From NCBI GenBank assembly GCA_943788175.1, contig CALSPG010000005.1, positions 160,001-224,000 of the forward strand: a stretch of DNA of 64,000 nucleotides, given 5' to 3'. The notes under the pieces are model-generated. The model made no database searches and was not told the origin of the DNA. It saw only the letters and a program-made list of their open reading frames with translations. Below, in pieces: positions 38,397 to 48,809 of the stretch (position 1 is the first letter of the stretch; every line of letters begins with the position of its first letter). Source of the DNA: an uncultured bacterium (lineage in GTDB: Bacteria > Fidelibacterota > Marinisomatia > Marinisomatales > UBA1611). Both the position numbers and the translations under genes were made by a program.

Positions 38397-38855
38397 TTAT
38401 TTTGCAGCGTAAGCTTTTGCCCATTTTGACTCTGGAGCAAGAGTAATCAGTTCTTGTTCTTTAGCTCTAGCGGTTTTCTCATCACCTAGCTTCCGATATA
38501 TTTGAATCATATAATGCCTAACTTCAGGAATTTTAGCATGGTCCTTATTTTTTTTCTCTAACCTGCTAAGTGTTTTCATAAGTTTTCCTAAAGCCGACTG
38601 CAGTTCCATTTTATTAGGGCCTTTCATGGATTTTCTATAATAAAGATGATGTAGAGCTTCATCCTCAGCTTCAGCTCCGCGAACACCAGCCACAGTTATT
38701 ACTTGTTCAACTTCCCCTTCAACTTCATTTATTTCTTCGATTTCTTCCCAAACGGTAGTGTCCCAAAGATCATCCATGTTGATGTCTTCTTCGTCTTCTT
38801 GAGCAGTTACTAGAGAAAAGAATAATATAGGTAATATATAATAGAACTTTTTCAT
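38397..38855 (-). CDS. Small secreted protein with acidic N-terminus, 'TVAGVRGAEA' motif and a TPR-like C-terminus
   Basis: Signal peptide ending VTA|Q; 'PEVRHYMIQIYRKLGD...APESKWA' TPR-like end. Confidence 0.75.
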   Translation of the reverse strand: MKKFYYILPILFFSLVTAQEDEEDINMDDLWDTTVWEEIEEINEVEGEVEQVITVAGVRGAEAEDEALHHLYYRKSMKGPNKMELQSALGKLMKTLSRLEKKNKDHAKIPEVRHYMIQIYRKLGDEKTARAKEQELITLAPESKWAKAYAAK

Positions 38856-38880
38856 TATTTAAATATTACGACATTGTGCA

Positions 38881-41622
38881 CTATGAATCAAATTTTTTGT
38901 ATTTAGATGGTTTTTCGCCCATACTTTCTATAAAGCTCACTTGCCCCACCAATTCTGGACTCTTCAGTTTGACTTCTTCAAAAAGTTGGAAAGCGCTATC
39001 GTAGCTTCGGATGCGGTATAAGGCTACAGCTAGATTGATTTTGTATTCATCATTTTCCGGATCTTTGTCCATCGCTTTTCTAAAATAATCTACTGCCATT
39101 GCATTATTTCCAATTTGCGCAAAGGTAATTCCAACGGCATTATCACTCTTTGCTCTGCGAGCTCTATATGAAGCACGTTGGACAGCTTCTGGCTCAAGCT
39201 TAGGAGCGGAGTCTTTTAGTTCATTTAATCCTTTTGAAGATTCTGCATCAAGATCCGCCTCCAGATCCGCAGATAGACTAATTGTATTTGAGCTGGCCAT
39301 TGGTCCCATTGATGCTTTTGCTGCGCCAAGAATATCCTCTAGTTTACCTGAAAAGGAAGGAGCAATCTGAACAACCTCATCATAGGTCTGTTTTGCTAAT
39401 CCTTTATTTCCTAGCATGAACTGTGAAATTGCAATATTTAACATAAAGCCAGGATGGTTTGATTGTTGCTCTAAGGCTTTATTATAAAATTCGATAGATT
39501 TTTCATATTCTTCCTGCTTCGTATAGCAAACACCTAAGGTATTTAATGCATCAGGGAAATTTGGTGTGATATTCATTGCCGTATTTAGATTGTCAATTGC
39601 GCTCTGGTATCTTCCAAACTCCATATAAAGAACAGCCACATCATAATAATCATCAGCCGTTTCTAATTTGCCTTCAATACCTTTTGCCACTACTTGATCA
39701 AGCCACTTTATGTATTGTCTAATATCTTCTTCAAGAAGCTCACTAACCCCTGTTGGGTCAGGTATATAAACTTCCTCAGGAGCAATGGAGCCAGGCAAAT
39801 ATTTTGCCATGGCTTTTGTCATGTTTATTTCATTTACAAATTGATCTGCTTTCATTTGAGAATATTTTAGTGCTCCTTGTTTCCAGGCACTAAAAAATGG
39901 TTTGCCGACCAAGGTAGCTTCAACAGGAATCCATACCTTATCATCAAATACCGCAACTTCATTTCTATCTAAAAATAATCGATCAACATCATCTGGGTCG
40001 ACGCCACTATCAAACATTAAAAAAACATGACCTTCCCCAGGTTTAAAGACATCAAGCCACATAGTTTCAATACCAATATTATTTAATAAAGTACTATATA
40101 GAGTAGCAAGGTCATCACAATCACCAATTTTATCGTCTAAAAGTTCCCAGGGGTATTTAACAGTATCAAAAGCTGATTTATCATCAGATATTTGAAGGAA
40201 GGGAGTAGAAGGGTCGACATTATAAACTAAGCCAAATGTTCCCAAAGCATCATACAAAATGATAGCTCTTCCTAAATTCGTTTTTCCAAAATATTTTTTT
40301 AGGACTTCAGAATATGCTTGAATATTTGTTCTAGCAAATTTATCTACGACAACATCTTGGGTTGTAAAATAGGAAGCAATCATTTCAGGATCACTCCAAG
40401 TTAATTTTCCTTTTCCAAGAACATAGGATGATTCTAATTTTTTCTGAGCAAGTTTTTCTTCGCCGTCTTGTTTGTAAGTGACTTTTATATCAGGCTGAAC
40501 AAGATTATCAAATGAAGCTTTTGCTGATGTTAAAACGTCTGAAGAAAAAGAGACACCCAGATTATACGTTTCATCAGATTTTGGCGGAAGAGTAATTGAT
40601 TCAGTATGTGGGTTCTCCATCATCGTAGGGATGAAAAACGAAATATCAACAGGGAGTTCAGCATCTGAAATGTTTTTGATATTTGTTTTCACAAAAGGAG
40701 TTCCTTCATAATATCTATGTAAAGATCTAAATATAGGATTATGATTTATTTTTGCTGAATTGATACTGACAACAGCTGGACTCAACTGTAATGATAATGA
40801 ATATCTGTATGTTGGTTCTAAATAAGGATGTGATTCGTATCCGTATTCAAAAACGATACTTTTAAATTTTAAGGTAATACCCGCAGAAGGGATTAATAGT
40901 TTTTCTTCTCCATTAAGATCTTGTTGAAAACCCGCTCTGAATCCAATTCGATTTTTTACAAAATATTCTCCACCAACATGAGCCCTATCATTATCTATAT
41001 CCATCGCAAGCGTTAAACCATCTATTGGGAAATAGGCGATACCAAGTTTAAATGCTTGCCCTAAGAGTTGTTCATCTACTTTATTTTGTTTGTAGGTAAC
41101 ATCTGTGCCACCAAGATCATAAACACCGAGACCAAATCGCAATTTTTTGTGTGGAGAAACTAGAAGTCCCAAATCATATCCAATTCCAGTTGACTTTCCG
41201 TATGACGTTCCATCAAGACCCATATCTCTGGATATATATTTAAATGTTCCACCAATTGAAACAAGTTTAAACGGTTGATATCCTATGGAGAAGTTTAATT
41301 TATTTTCACTATAGTTAAGCTCTTGATCATCATAACCAATATTAGACCAATCAAACCCTACGGCAACACGGTCACCAAATGGCCAAACGATACCGGTATA
41401 TGAATGTGTAATATCCATAGCATAAAGGTCAGCATAGCTTGATGTAAATTCTTTTCTTCGCAAGCGAGGAAGTCCCGCAGGGTTCCAGGTAATTGTATTA
41501 CCATCATCAGCTACAGCGATGAAAGCACCACCCATTCCTAGTGGCCGCGTTCCAACGAATATTTGTTCTTGGGATAAGAGCGCTGAAGAAATAACAAAAA
41601 AAGTAAAAATTAATTTTTTCAT
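38881..41622 (-). CDS. PorV-like beta-barrel fused to a transglutaminase-like domain and TPR repeats
   Basis: 'GTRPLGMGGAFIAVADDG..ITWNPAGL', 'GDCDDLATLY...GHVFLMFD' and TPRs such as 'PDALNTLGVCY'. Confidence 0.82.
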   Translation of the reverse strand: MKKLIFTFFVISSALLSQEQIFVGTRPLGMGGAFIAVADDGNTITWNPAGLPRLRRKEFTSSYADLYAMDITHSYTGIVWPFGDRVAVGFDWSNIGYDDQELNYSENKLNFSIGYQPFKLVSIGGTFKYISRDMGLDGTSYGKSTGIGYDLGLLVSPHKKLRFGLGVYDLGGTDVTYKQNKVDEQLLGQAFKLGIAYFPIDGLTLAMDIDNDRAHVGGEYFVKNRIGFRAGFQQDLNGEEKLLIPSAGITLKFKSIVFEYGYESHPYLEPTYRYSLSLQLSPAVVSINSAKINHNPIFRSLHRYYEGTPFVKTNIKNISDAELPVDISFFIPTMMENPHTESITLPPKSDETYNLGVSFSSDVLTSAKASFDNLVQPDIKVTYKQDGEEKLAQKKLESSYVLGKGKLTWSDPEMIASYFTTQDVVVDKFARTNIQAYSEVLKKYFGKTNLGRAIILYDALGTFGLVYNVDPSTPFLQISDDKSAFDTVKYPWELLDDKIGDCDDLATLYSTLLNNIGIETMWLDVFKPGEGHVFLMFDSGVDPDDVDRLFLDRNEVAVFDDKVWIPVEATLVGKPFFSAWKQGALKYSQMKADQFVNEINMTKAMAKYLPGSIAPEEVYIPDPTGVSELLEEDIRQYIKWLDQVVAKGIEGKLETADDYYDVAVLYMEFGRYQSAIDNLNTAMNITPNFPDALNTLGVCYTKQEEYEKSIEFYNKALEQQSNHPGFMLNIAISQFMLGNKGLAKQTYDEVVQIAPSFSGKLEDILGAAKASMGPMASSNTISLSADLEADLDAESSKGLNELKDSAPKLEPEAVQRASYRARRAKSDNAVGITFAQIGNNAMAVDYFRKAMDKDPENDEYKINLAVALYRIRSYDSAFQLFEEVKLKSPELVGQVSFIESMGEKPSKYKKFDS

Positions 41623-44600
41623 CGATTCAGGACCCCGACAGTAGTTCTGAATATCGATTCAGAAGATTCAAGAGTCACAATATATAAACCGCTAGGTACC
41701 ACGCTACCATCAAAGTCTTTACCGTCCCAGACAATCACATTGCTTCCAGGCCCTAATTTCTGTTCAGGCTTTAATGTCCTCTTTATCTTTCCAGAAACAT
41801 TGAATATTCTTGCAGTTACATTATCTGAACTAGGTAGATCAAATAAAATATTTGTATGTGGAAACTCAAATACAGAGCCCGCAGGAGAGAATATCCTTGG
41901 TTGACATATTATCTTATCCGTTTTTAGTGAATCAACACTGATTGTACTATCAGATTTGAACGCTGCAAAAACGCCTAACTGTGATAATTGCGATTGTAAG
42001 TATGGAGTTCCATTTACACTTATGATTGACCCGCCTATAGTTGTTTTTTCTCCAGTTATTGTATTTAACCTTCCAATATGTAAGTTTTGATTTTGTTGAC
42101 TGCCGTCTATTTCATTAGCAGGAACTGCTATTCTTATTATAGTTGGTTTTTTTAATTCTAAATCAGAGGGTGATATTGTATAAAAATTTGATATAAGATT
42201 TGTGTCGATGGCTGCTATTTCAATTAATGGATTTATTGAAATAGAAACATCTTCATTCACAGCATTTTGAGGAAATAAAATTGAAACATTCCCGTCTGAG
42301 CTTACAACACTTCCTCCTGCCTGTGATATGATTTTTTGAGGAGTTTTAAAGTATACAGAATGCTTCATGATATTTCCACGCATATCTTTCGCATTTGAGA
42401 TATGTAATTTTATTGATTTTCCAATATAATTATCTGGAAGGCTAAGGAGCCCGGTCCATACAGTGGCACTATAACTTTGTTTAACCACAACTAAAGTATC
42501 GCTTATCTGGTCACCATCAATATCATTCATATCTGGATGTACGGCATAGATAAATGGTTCAGCTTCTGAAGAATTATTCATTTCAAATTCTTCTTTAAAA
42601 TTGACGATAATAATTATTTGACCACCAACACCATAATTAACTTGAATTGTATCAACTTCTGGAGGGGTTTGGTCAATATAGTAATAATCCCAATTAGACC
42701 ATTCTGAGGAACCTAAACTGTGGTCAATAGACCTCACTCTCCATTGATACCTGCCTTCTGGTAAGCTATTTATTACATGGTTTGTCCCTGATCTAGAACC
42801 CATTCTCCCCGTTCCATATTTTCCTGAGATTATTGAATGAGTATTTCCTGCAAGGCTATAATTTTGGTCTTCGCCCATTTGCAATTGATATTTCAAAGCG
42901 ATATCAGAAGTTCTTCCTGATCCACTTTGATTATCAGTATCGATACCACCCTGCCAACTGATGTAAACAGAATCTATATTTACGTCACTTAAAAGCATTA
43001 TTGGTTTTGTGGGTTTATTGTTAGGGTTTGTAAAGCCTTCTAAATTTTCATAGACTCTAGTAATAAGCTCTTTTTCTTCTGTCTCTCCAGTTACTAATAA
43101 GTCGAGATCTCCATCATTATCATAGTCACCCCATTGGGTAGAAGAGAGGCCGACGCTGTCTAGCATATATAATGAAGAGTCTAATATAAATTGGCCATTT
43201 TCATTTTGTTGATAAATGTTTGTTATAGGATTGATATACTCTGTTTGCCCTAAGTCAGTAATTAATGTTCCGGTATACCCACTGCTTACTAAGTCAAGAT
43301 CGCCATCATTGTCATAGTCACCCCAGTCTAAGCTTGAATAGGTTGCTCCTTCGAGCTCTTGTTGAAGCGTGAATCTTGTTCCATTCTCGTTAGTATAAAT
43401 GTTTGTATGCATATTTGAACCATCAAGGTGTGCGACGGCGATATCATCAAAGCTATCATTATTATAATCTCCTACAGAAATAGCATGCAATGTAGAGGGA
43501 ATTGAAAATGGTTGTTCTGATGATAGCGTTAAATTTCCTGTGCTATCATTAATATACATGTGCGAAATGCCGTCAGAGCCTAGCCGTCCCAAAGCCAACA
43601 AGTCTAAATGATTGTCACGATTTATATCAATCCACACAACTGCGGAGGGGAATAAGGGCACCAAATCAGTTTGTGTTGTATCAATTGATAATAGTCCATT
43701 TGAATTGTTAAATACGTTTAGATAATTAGTATTGTCAAAAATACTTATACCTCCACTAACTAAATCGAGGTCTCCATCATTATCATAGTCACCCCAATCG
43801 TGGTTGTATTGACCGCCCCAATACCCGCTGGAAGCAGATAGCTGATTCTCTTGCTCATCTAACACGAAGTTTCCGTTTTCATATTTATATAGCAGAAGAG
43901 CTGTAAATGTTGAAAAGTTTATTGTGGCAATCCCTGTCATGGAGATATCCAAAAACCCATCATTGTTATAATCAACAAAGCTTAGGTGACCGCCATAGAC
44001 ATTTGCCATGCGAGGCTGGAGGTTATCAACATTTAAAATTCCATCATCATTTAAATATATTTGTGTTTTACTCGACCCTGTATAAAGGTTCCCTGTTATG
44101 GCTAAATCTAAAAGTTCATCATCATTAATATCGCTCCACCTAGAAATACCATAAGAGTAACCAGGAATAGATTGAAAGGATTTTACTAATCGAGGTATGA
44201 ATAGTTCTTTTTCTTCAGACCAATCAGAAATAACACCTGATGGATCAATAGTTTGAACCTTCCAATTGTAATTACCCCATGGGATATTGGTAAACTCCCT
44301 TATGAGTCTAGTCCCGACGTTAGAATTATTATAAGCAACAATCTCTGGAATTAGTGCCTTGGTTTCATTTCCATCTAATACTCTTGCGATCGAAAGGTTA
44401 TAGTGGAGAGTCTGGGCAGGTGCGATGTCATCACTGCCAGCACCCCAATTAAAAATAGCTCTATTACTAATTGCGAATGACTCTAAAATTGTTGGGGGTG
44501 TTGGCTTATTATTTGAACCAACCGAAACATTTAACAGAACCGATACAAAAGAGCTATCACTATCTCCAACCTCAGTAGTTCCAGAAGCAATAATATCCGG

Positions 44601-45890
44601 TTTTTTATCTTGGTTAACATCAACAAAGGAGATAGTTCGAGCACCTTCAATTGTTTGAATATCATTGAATTCAAGTTCACCATTACCACTATTTAAAAAT
44701 ATTTTTCCTTCTAATGCCCAAACACTATCTCTCGGGTTAAGCAAAAGCACCGTAGTATCTGCTTCTAAAACATCGCCTTGTTCACTCATTTGAAGTGTGT
44801 CAATTAGATATATACTATCATAATTAATACTATGTTGAACAGCTCCACTTATCGCAATATCTTTAAATCCATCCATGTTAATATCGATTGCTTTAATAGA
44901 ACCAAATATGGTTCCAAAATTAATTTGTTCATCAGCTAGTCTAAAGTTTCCCGTGGGTTCATTAATATATATCAATGTCTTTAATGAAGAATCTATAGGA
45001 CTATAACCAGAAATAATTAAATCTGAATCTGTGTCATTGTCTAAATCTGAAAAACAAATTGCTGTTCCTTTTAATGCTGCAATTTCTTGATTTGTATCTT
45101 CGCCTAATCTTCCTAGGGGGTCATTTAGGTATAATTTAGTTACGCCAGATTCAACAGTAAGTTGTTGCCCACTTGTAAGCAGATCAAGATCTCCATCTAA
45201 ATCTATATCTTCCCAAGCAAGTGCCCCATTACGTAGGTCAGGCATTACAATCGAATTATCAAACGCCCAATTTGTATTCCCTTCAAAATCTATTTGATTA
45301 AGAAGAAGCTTATTTGTTATTGTTGTTCTTCCATTTTTTAATCCCATCCAAAAAAGATCAAGATCTCCATCATTATCAACATCGCCCCATTGCAAAGAGC
45401 TCTCGCCTAAACTTTCACTAAAGTCACCAGGCATATAATTATTTGTAGATAGGTTACCACCTAAGTTTCGTGTCAAAAGCATAAACTCAGCGCCATGGAT
45501 TAATACATCAATTAGTCCATCTCTATCATAATCGCCAAGTGATAATCCACCATCCCCGCCTATATATTTTGATGAATGGTTTTCAGGGATGTAAGTAAAA
45601 TAATTACTAAGTAGGTTCATCTGAAGTGTGTCGATTACACCTGTAGATGAAATACTGTAGGTATTTAAAAATAACCCTTCTTGATTTCCAATTTTATTAT
45701 AACCAGAAAGTATAATGTCATTAACACCATCATTATTTAAATCTGCAATACCAATATCTGAGGATATTATATTTTGTAATATGGAGCTACGGTCAGCATC
45801 TATCTCGAATACCTCTTCACTAAAAACTGCTCTTTGAACGAGAAGGATTAAAAAAGATATTTTAAAGAAAAAATTTCTATTTAGGAACAT
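41619..45890 (-). CDS. Secreted FG-GAP/VCBS repeat protein with FN3-like, ZU5-like and FlgD/CTD domains
   Basis: Many 'WGDYDNDGDLDL' repeats in two blocks, 'GGSVVSSDGNVSILFPQNA' and 'VWDGKDFDGSVVPSGLYIV'. Likely start MFLNRN at 45890. Confidence 0.85.
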   Translation of the reverse strand: MFLNRNFFFKISFLILLVQRAVFSEEVFEIDADRSSILQNIISSDIGIADLNNDGVNDIILSGYNKIGNQEGLFLNTYSISSTGVIDTLQMNLLSNYFTYIPENHSSKYIGGDGGLSLGDYDRDGLIDVLIHGAEFMLLTRNLGGNLSTNNYMPGDFSESLGESSLQWGDVDNDGDLDLFWMGLKNGRTTITNKLLLNQIDFEGNTNWAFDNSIVMPDLRNGALAWEDIDLDGDLDLLTSGQQLTVESGVTKLYLNDPLGRLGEDTNQEIAALKGTAICFSDLDNDTDSDLIISGYSPIDSSLKTLIYINEPTGNFRLADEQINFGTIFGSIKAIDINMDGFKDIAISGAVQHSINYDSIYLIDTLQMSEQGDVLEADTTVLLLNPRDSVWALEGKIFLNSGNGELEFNDIQTIEGARTISFVDVNQDKKPDIIASGTTEVGDSDSSFVSVLLNVSVGSNNKPTPPTILESFAISNRAIFNWGAGSDDIAPAQTLHYNLSIARVLDGNETKALIPEIVAYNNSNVGTRLIREFTNIPWGNYNWKVQTIDPSGVISDWSEEKELFIPRLVKSFQSIPGYSYGISRWSDINDDELLDLAITGNLYTGSSKTQIYLNDDGILNVDNLQPRMANVYGGHLSFVDYNNDGFLDISMTGIATINFSTFTALLLYKYENGNFVLDEQENQLSASSGYWGGQYNHDWGDYDNDGDLDLVSGGISIFDNTNYLNVFNNSNGLLSIDTTQTDLVPLFPSAVVWIDINRDNHLDLLALGRLGSDGISHMYINDSTGNLTLSSEQPFSIPSTLHAISVGDYNNDSFDDIAVAHLDGSNMHTNIYTNENGTRFTLQQELEGATYSSLDWGDYDNDGDLDLVSSGYTGTLITDLGQTEYINPITNIYQQNENGQFILDSSLYMLDSVGLSSTQWGDYDNDGDLDLLVTGETEEKELITRVYENLEGFTNPNNKPTKPIMLLSDVNIDSVYISWQGGIDTDNQSGSGRTSDIALKYQLQMGEDQNYSLAGNTHSIISGKYGTGRMGSRSGTNHVINSLPEGRYQWRVRSIDHSLGSSEWSNWDYYYIDQTPPEVDTIQVNYGVGGQIIIIVNFKEEFEMNNSSEAEPFIYAVHPDMNDIDGDQISDTLVVVKQSYSATVWTGLLSLPDNYIGKSIKLHISNAKDMRGNIMKHSVYFKTPQKIISQAGGSVVSSDGNVSILFPQNAVNEDVSISINPLIEIAAIDTNLISNFYTISPSDLELKKPTIIRIAVPANEIDGSQQNQNLHIGRLNTITGEKTTIGGSIISVNGTPYLQSQLSQLGVFAAFKSDSTISVDSLKTDKIICQPRIFSPAGSVFEFPHTNILFDLPSSDNVTARIFNVSGKIKRTLKPEQKLGPGSNVIVWDGKDFDGSVVPSGLYIVTLESSESIFRTTVGVLNR

Positions 45891-45894
45891 AGAC

Positions 45895-48798
45895 CTATTT
45901 AGAGGTTTGAGTCCAGACACCGTCCCAATCATCTCCAGGGGGATTCGCTTTAAAATTCTGACAGCGAGGAATATATATTCTGCTAGGATTCGTTTTTCTT
46001 CCTGGAAACATTTCTTCTAATTCATCAGCTGTTTTAAACGCTTCAATTGCTTTGTCCCAATCTTGTTTGAAATAATTTTCTAAGCCCTCATGAAATATTG
46101 GAAGAATTTTTTTGTATGGTTCTGGTTCTTGTCCTTTTTCAGAGATTAATTCAAAGACCTTTACGGGTTCTGTTTTACCCATGACTCTTACGAAATCAAG
46201 GGCTCGAACAACCACTTGATCTTTTACTGCTTCATAGGTACTGTCAGATAGCTGTATATAAACTCCATATTGCTTTGCTGAGCTTTCAAGCCTTGCAGCA
46301 AGATTTACAGTATCACCCATCATTGTATAATTCATTCTTGATTCAGAACCCATATTTCCAGTCACCATTTTGCCTGTATTTATACCTATCCGATTTTGCA
46401 TATGATGAACTATTTCTGGCCAACGGTCACCTTCTTCTTGCCATTGCTGTCTTAATACAGCTAAGCGTTCTTGCATTTTTATTGCAGTCCTGCAAGCCAT
46501 CAGTTCATGGTTTTTTAAATCAAGTGGAGCGCCATAAAAGGCTACGATAGCGTCCCCAATATATTTATCTAATGTTCCGTTATTCTCCATTAGGATGTCA
46601 GTCATTTCTGTTAGGTAATCATTTAATAAACTGACTAAGTCACTTGCAGAAAGTTTTTCAGAAAAGGCCGAGAAACTTTGAATATCGGTAAAGAATGCGG
46701 TGTGATAACCTTCTTCTCCACCGAGTTCAGGCTCTTTCCCACTTTCATACATTTCATCAATTAGCTCAGGAGATATATATGTTCCAAATGAGGATTTTAA
46801 GAATTGTTTATTTTTTTCTTCTTGGATATAGTTGTAGACCGTTATTCCTAGATAACCAAGTCCTATGGTCGCAATTGGAGCAAATAAATCTAACCATAAG
46901 TAATAATTTGAAAATGCCCAAAAAGCTGATGCAGTATATGTTATTATAAGTCCTAAAACAGCGATTCCACCAATTGCAGGGCTAAGTCTTTGAATTCCAA
47001 ATGCTAATAACGCCGCTAAAAACAATAGGATTATTGAAACAATAATCTTTGAAGTCCTGGTTATAAAAATATCAGATAAGATTGTATTTAAAGCGTTTGC
47101 GTGAAGTCCAACCATAGGATAACTACCATTAAATGGTTGTGAACCAAGATCTGATGTACCAGCAGCTGTTAAACCATACAATAATTTTTTCTTATAAAAT
47201 TCAAAAGGTACAATTCTACGAGCTGTATTTTTTTTAATATTCCCAACTGTGATTCTGTCCTTGTTTTGGAAAAAATATAGAGGTCTTTGTTGATCAGTAA
47301 TACTGTGCTTGTTCAGATTTTGAACGATTAAAAAATTTCTTTCAAGCTGGGATATTTCTACAAGGGATTTTTTTAAGGTCTTTTTATAATTTTTATCTTT
47401 AGTTGTCTTCGATAAAGAGCTGACATCTTTTTTAAGTTTGTCAAAGCTACTTATGCTGTATCCTTTAATAGGTGCTTCAAATACGATTTTTTTTGATGTT
47501 AAAAGATCATTGAGACTGATATTTGAATCTGATAATAGTTCTTTGGAAATGATATTTGCATTCTTTATTTCATTATACATTTTTATCATTTGAGGTTTCG
47601 CTTTTCGGCCCATGCTTTCAAAAAACTGTTCACCCGTATTTAAATTATTTGTTTTTTGTATGTATGATTCCATTTGACCAGCCATTGCTAGCTGTTTCAC
47701 TGCCTTAATCACATCTTTTTTACTCGCAAATTTTGCTTTAAATGCTGCACGCATTAGAGCTTTTAAATTTTTTGCCCCTTGAAGAGTTGAATCAGAGAAG
47801 GCTATTTTCTTCACATTAGCCATTACAAAATTATCATACTCAGTTTCTCTGAATTTTTTTAAAACCCAATAAGGGTAGTGCGTAAAATCAAAGTTTCCAT
47901 TTTCATCTTCCCATTGACCAGCCCAGTTAACTTGCATTAGACCTCGTTTATCAATAGGAATTTCGATAGCATCTCGGCCGTGTTCATCCTGATAAGGTAG
48001 GGGGATGGATAAATGTTTTCCTGGAATGATTTCAACATCATTAAAATTGACATTATAATGATCGAGCGCTAAAGCTAATCCAGCATTAGGAAATAGTCCA
48101 TCTTCATATTTACCAAATAAGGGATATTTTCTACTTACTCCGTCATCTTCAGCAACAGTTTGAAAAAAGTAAGTGCCTTTGCTTGATTTTATTAGTTCAT
48201 CAACAGGAGGGTCAATATCATAAAAATCATTTACTGTTTTATATTCGTTTGGAGAAATTTGTCGATAGAATTTTCTTTCTTTTAAAATTTGTAAGCGTTT
48301 TTCTTTATCGTTTGTTCGCTTTTTGATGGACATTTTCTTTGAAGGTTGAGGGAAAAAAGTGTATCCAAAATAAATATTACCAGCATCTTCAGCGGCATTT
48401 GCTACCTCAATATCAGGATCAGGGAAAAGGTTTTTAACTTCTTTTAGAGTTAGTACACTATCATTTATTGTTGAAATATCTTCAAATTCCAACTTTCTTT
48501 CTTGTCTTTCAATAAAAAAAATATCAAAAGCTAAGGCATCCATTCCATGCTCTTTTGCAGCTAAGATTGAAGGAATATGTTTCTCTCTACTCCATGGCCA
48601 CCTTCCAGTTACTTGTAAACTCTTCGCATCCATGTCCAAAGTTGCAATATCACTTCTAGTCTCAATTTTCCCTCTATTTAAAAACCTTAGGTCTAGAAGT
48701 TTGTTTTCAAGCCCTTCGCCAAGCCCAAATAGAGTTAAAAGAATGAAAACAACAGCAACGCTAAAAGAAATAATAATATATGGATAATCTTTTTGCAT
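45895..48798 (-). CDS. CHASE2-domain class III adenylate cyclase
   Basis: CHASE2 'GRWPWSR...FDIFF', 'DDGVSR' and 'VGLHANALNTIL'; 3 TMs; catalytic 'FTDIQSFS', 'DKYIGDAI' and 'YTMMGDTVNLAARLE' (Lys/Thr, consistent with ATP specificity). Confidence 0.93.
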   Translation of the reverse strand: MQKDYPYIIISFSVAVVFILLTLFGLGEGLENKLLDLRFLNRGKIETRSDIATLDMDAKSLQVTGRWPWSREKHIPSILAAKEHGMDALAFDIFFIERQERKLEFEDISTINDSVLTLKEVKNLFPDPDIEVANAAEDAGNIYFGYTFFPQPSKKMSIKKRTNDKEKRLQILKERKFYRQISPNEYKTVNDFYDIDPPVDELIKSSKGTYFFQTVAEDDGVSRKYPLFGKYEDGLFPNAGLALALDHYNVNFNDVEIIPGKHLSIPLPYQDEHGRDAIEIPIDKRGLMQVNWAGQWEDENGNFDFTHYPYWVLKKFRETEYDNFVMANVKKIAFSDSTLQGAKNLKALMRAAFKAKFASKKDVIKAVKQLAMAGQMESYIQKTNNLNTGEQFFESMGRKAKPQMIKMYNEIKNANIISKELLSDSNISLNDLLTSKKIVFEAPIKGYSISSFDKLKKDVSSLSKTTKDKNYKKTLKKSLVEISQLERNFLIVQNLNKHSITDQQRPLYFFQNKDRITVGNIKKNTARRIVPFEFYKKKLLYGLTAAGTSDLGSQPFNGSYPMVGLHANALNTILSDIFITRTSKIIVSIILLFLAALLAFGIQRLSPAIGGIAVLGLIITYTASAFWAFSNYYLWLDLFAPIATIGLGYLGITVYNYIQEEKNKQFLKSSFGTYISPELIDEMYESGKEPELGGEEGYHTAFFTDIQSFSAFSEKLSASDLVSLLNDYLTEMTDILMENNGTLDKYIGDAIVAFYGAPLDLKNHELMACRTAIKMQERLAVLRQQWQEEGDRWPEIVHHMQNRIGINTGKMVTGNMGSESRMNYTMMGDTVNLAARLESSAKQYGVYIQLSDSTYEAVKDQVVVRALDFVRVMGKTEPVKVFELISEKGQEPEPYKKILPIFHEGLENYFKQDWDKAIEAFKTADELEEMFPGRKTNPSRIYIPRCQNFKANPPGDDWDGVWTQTSK

Positions 48799-48809
48799 AA
48801 TGATTCTAT

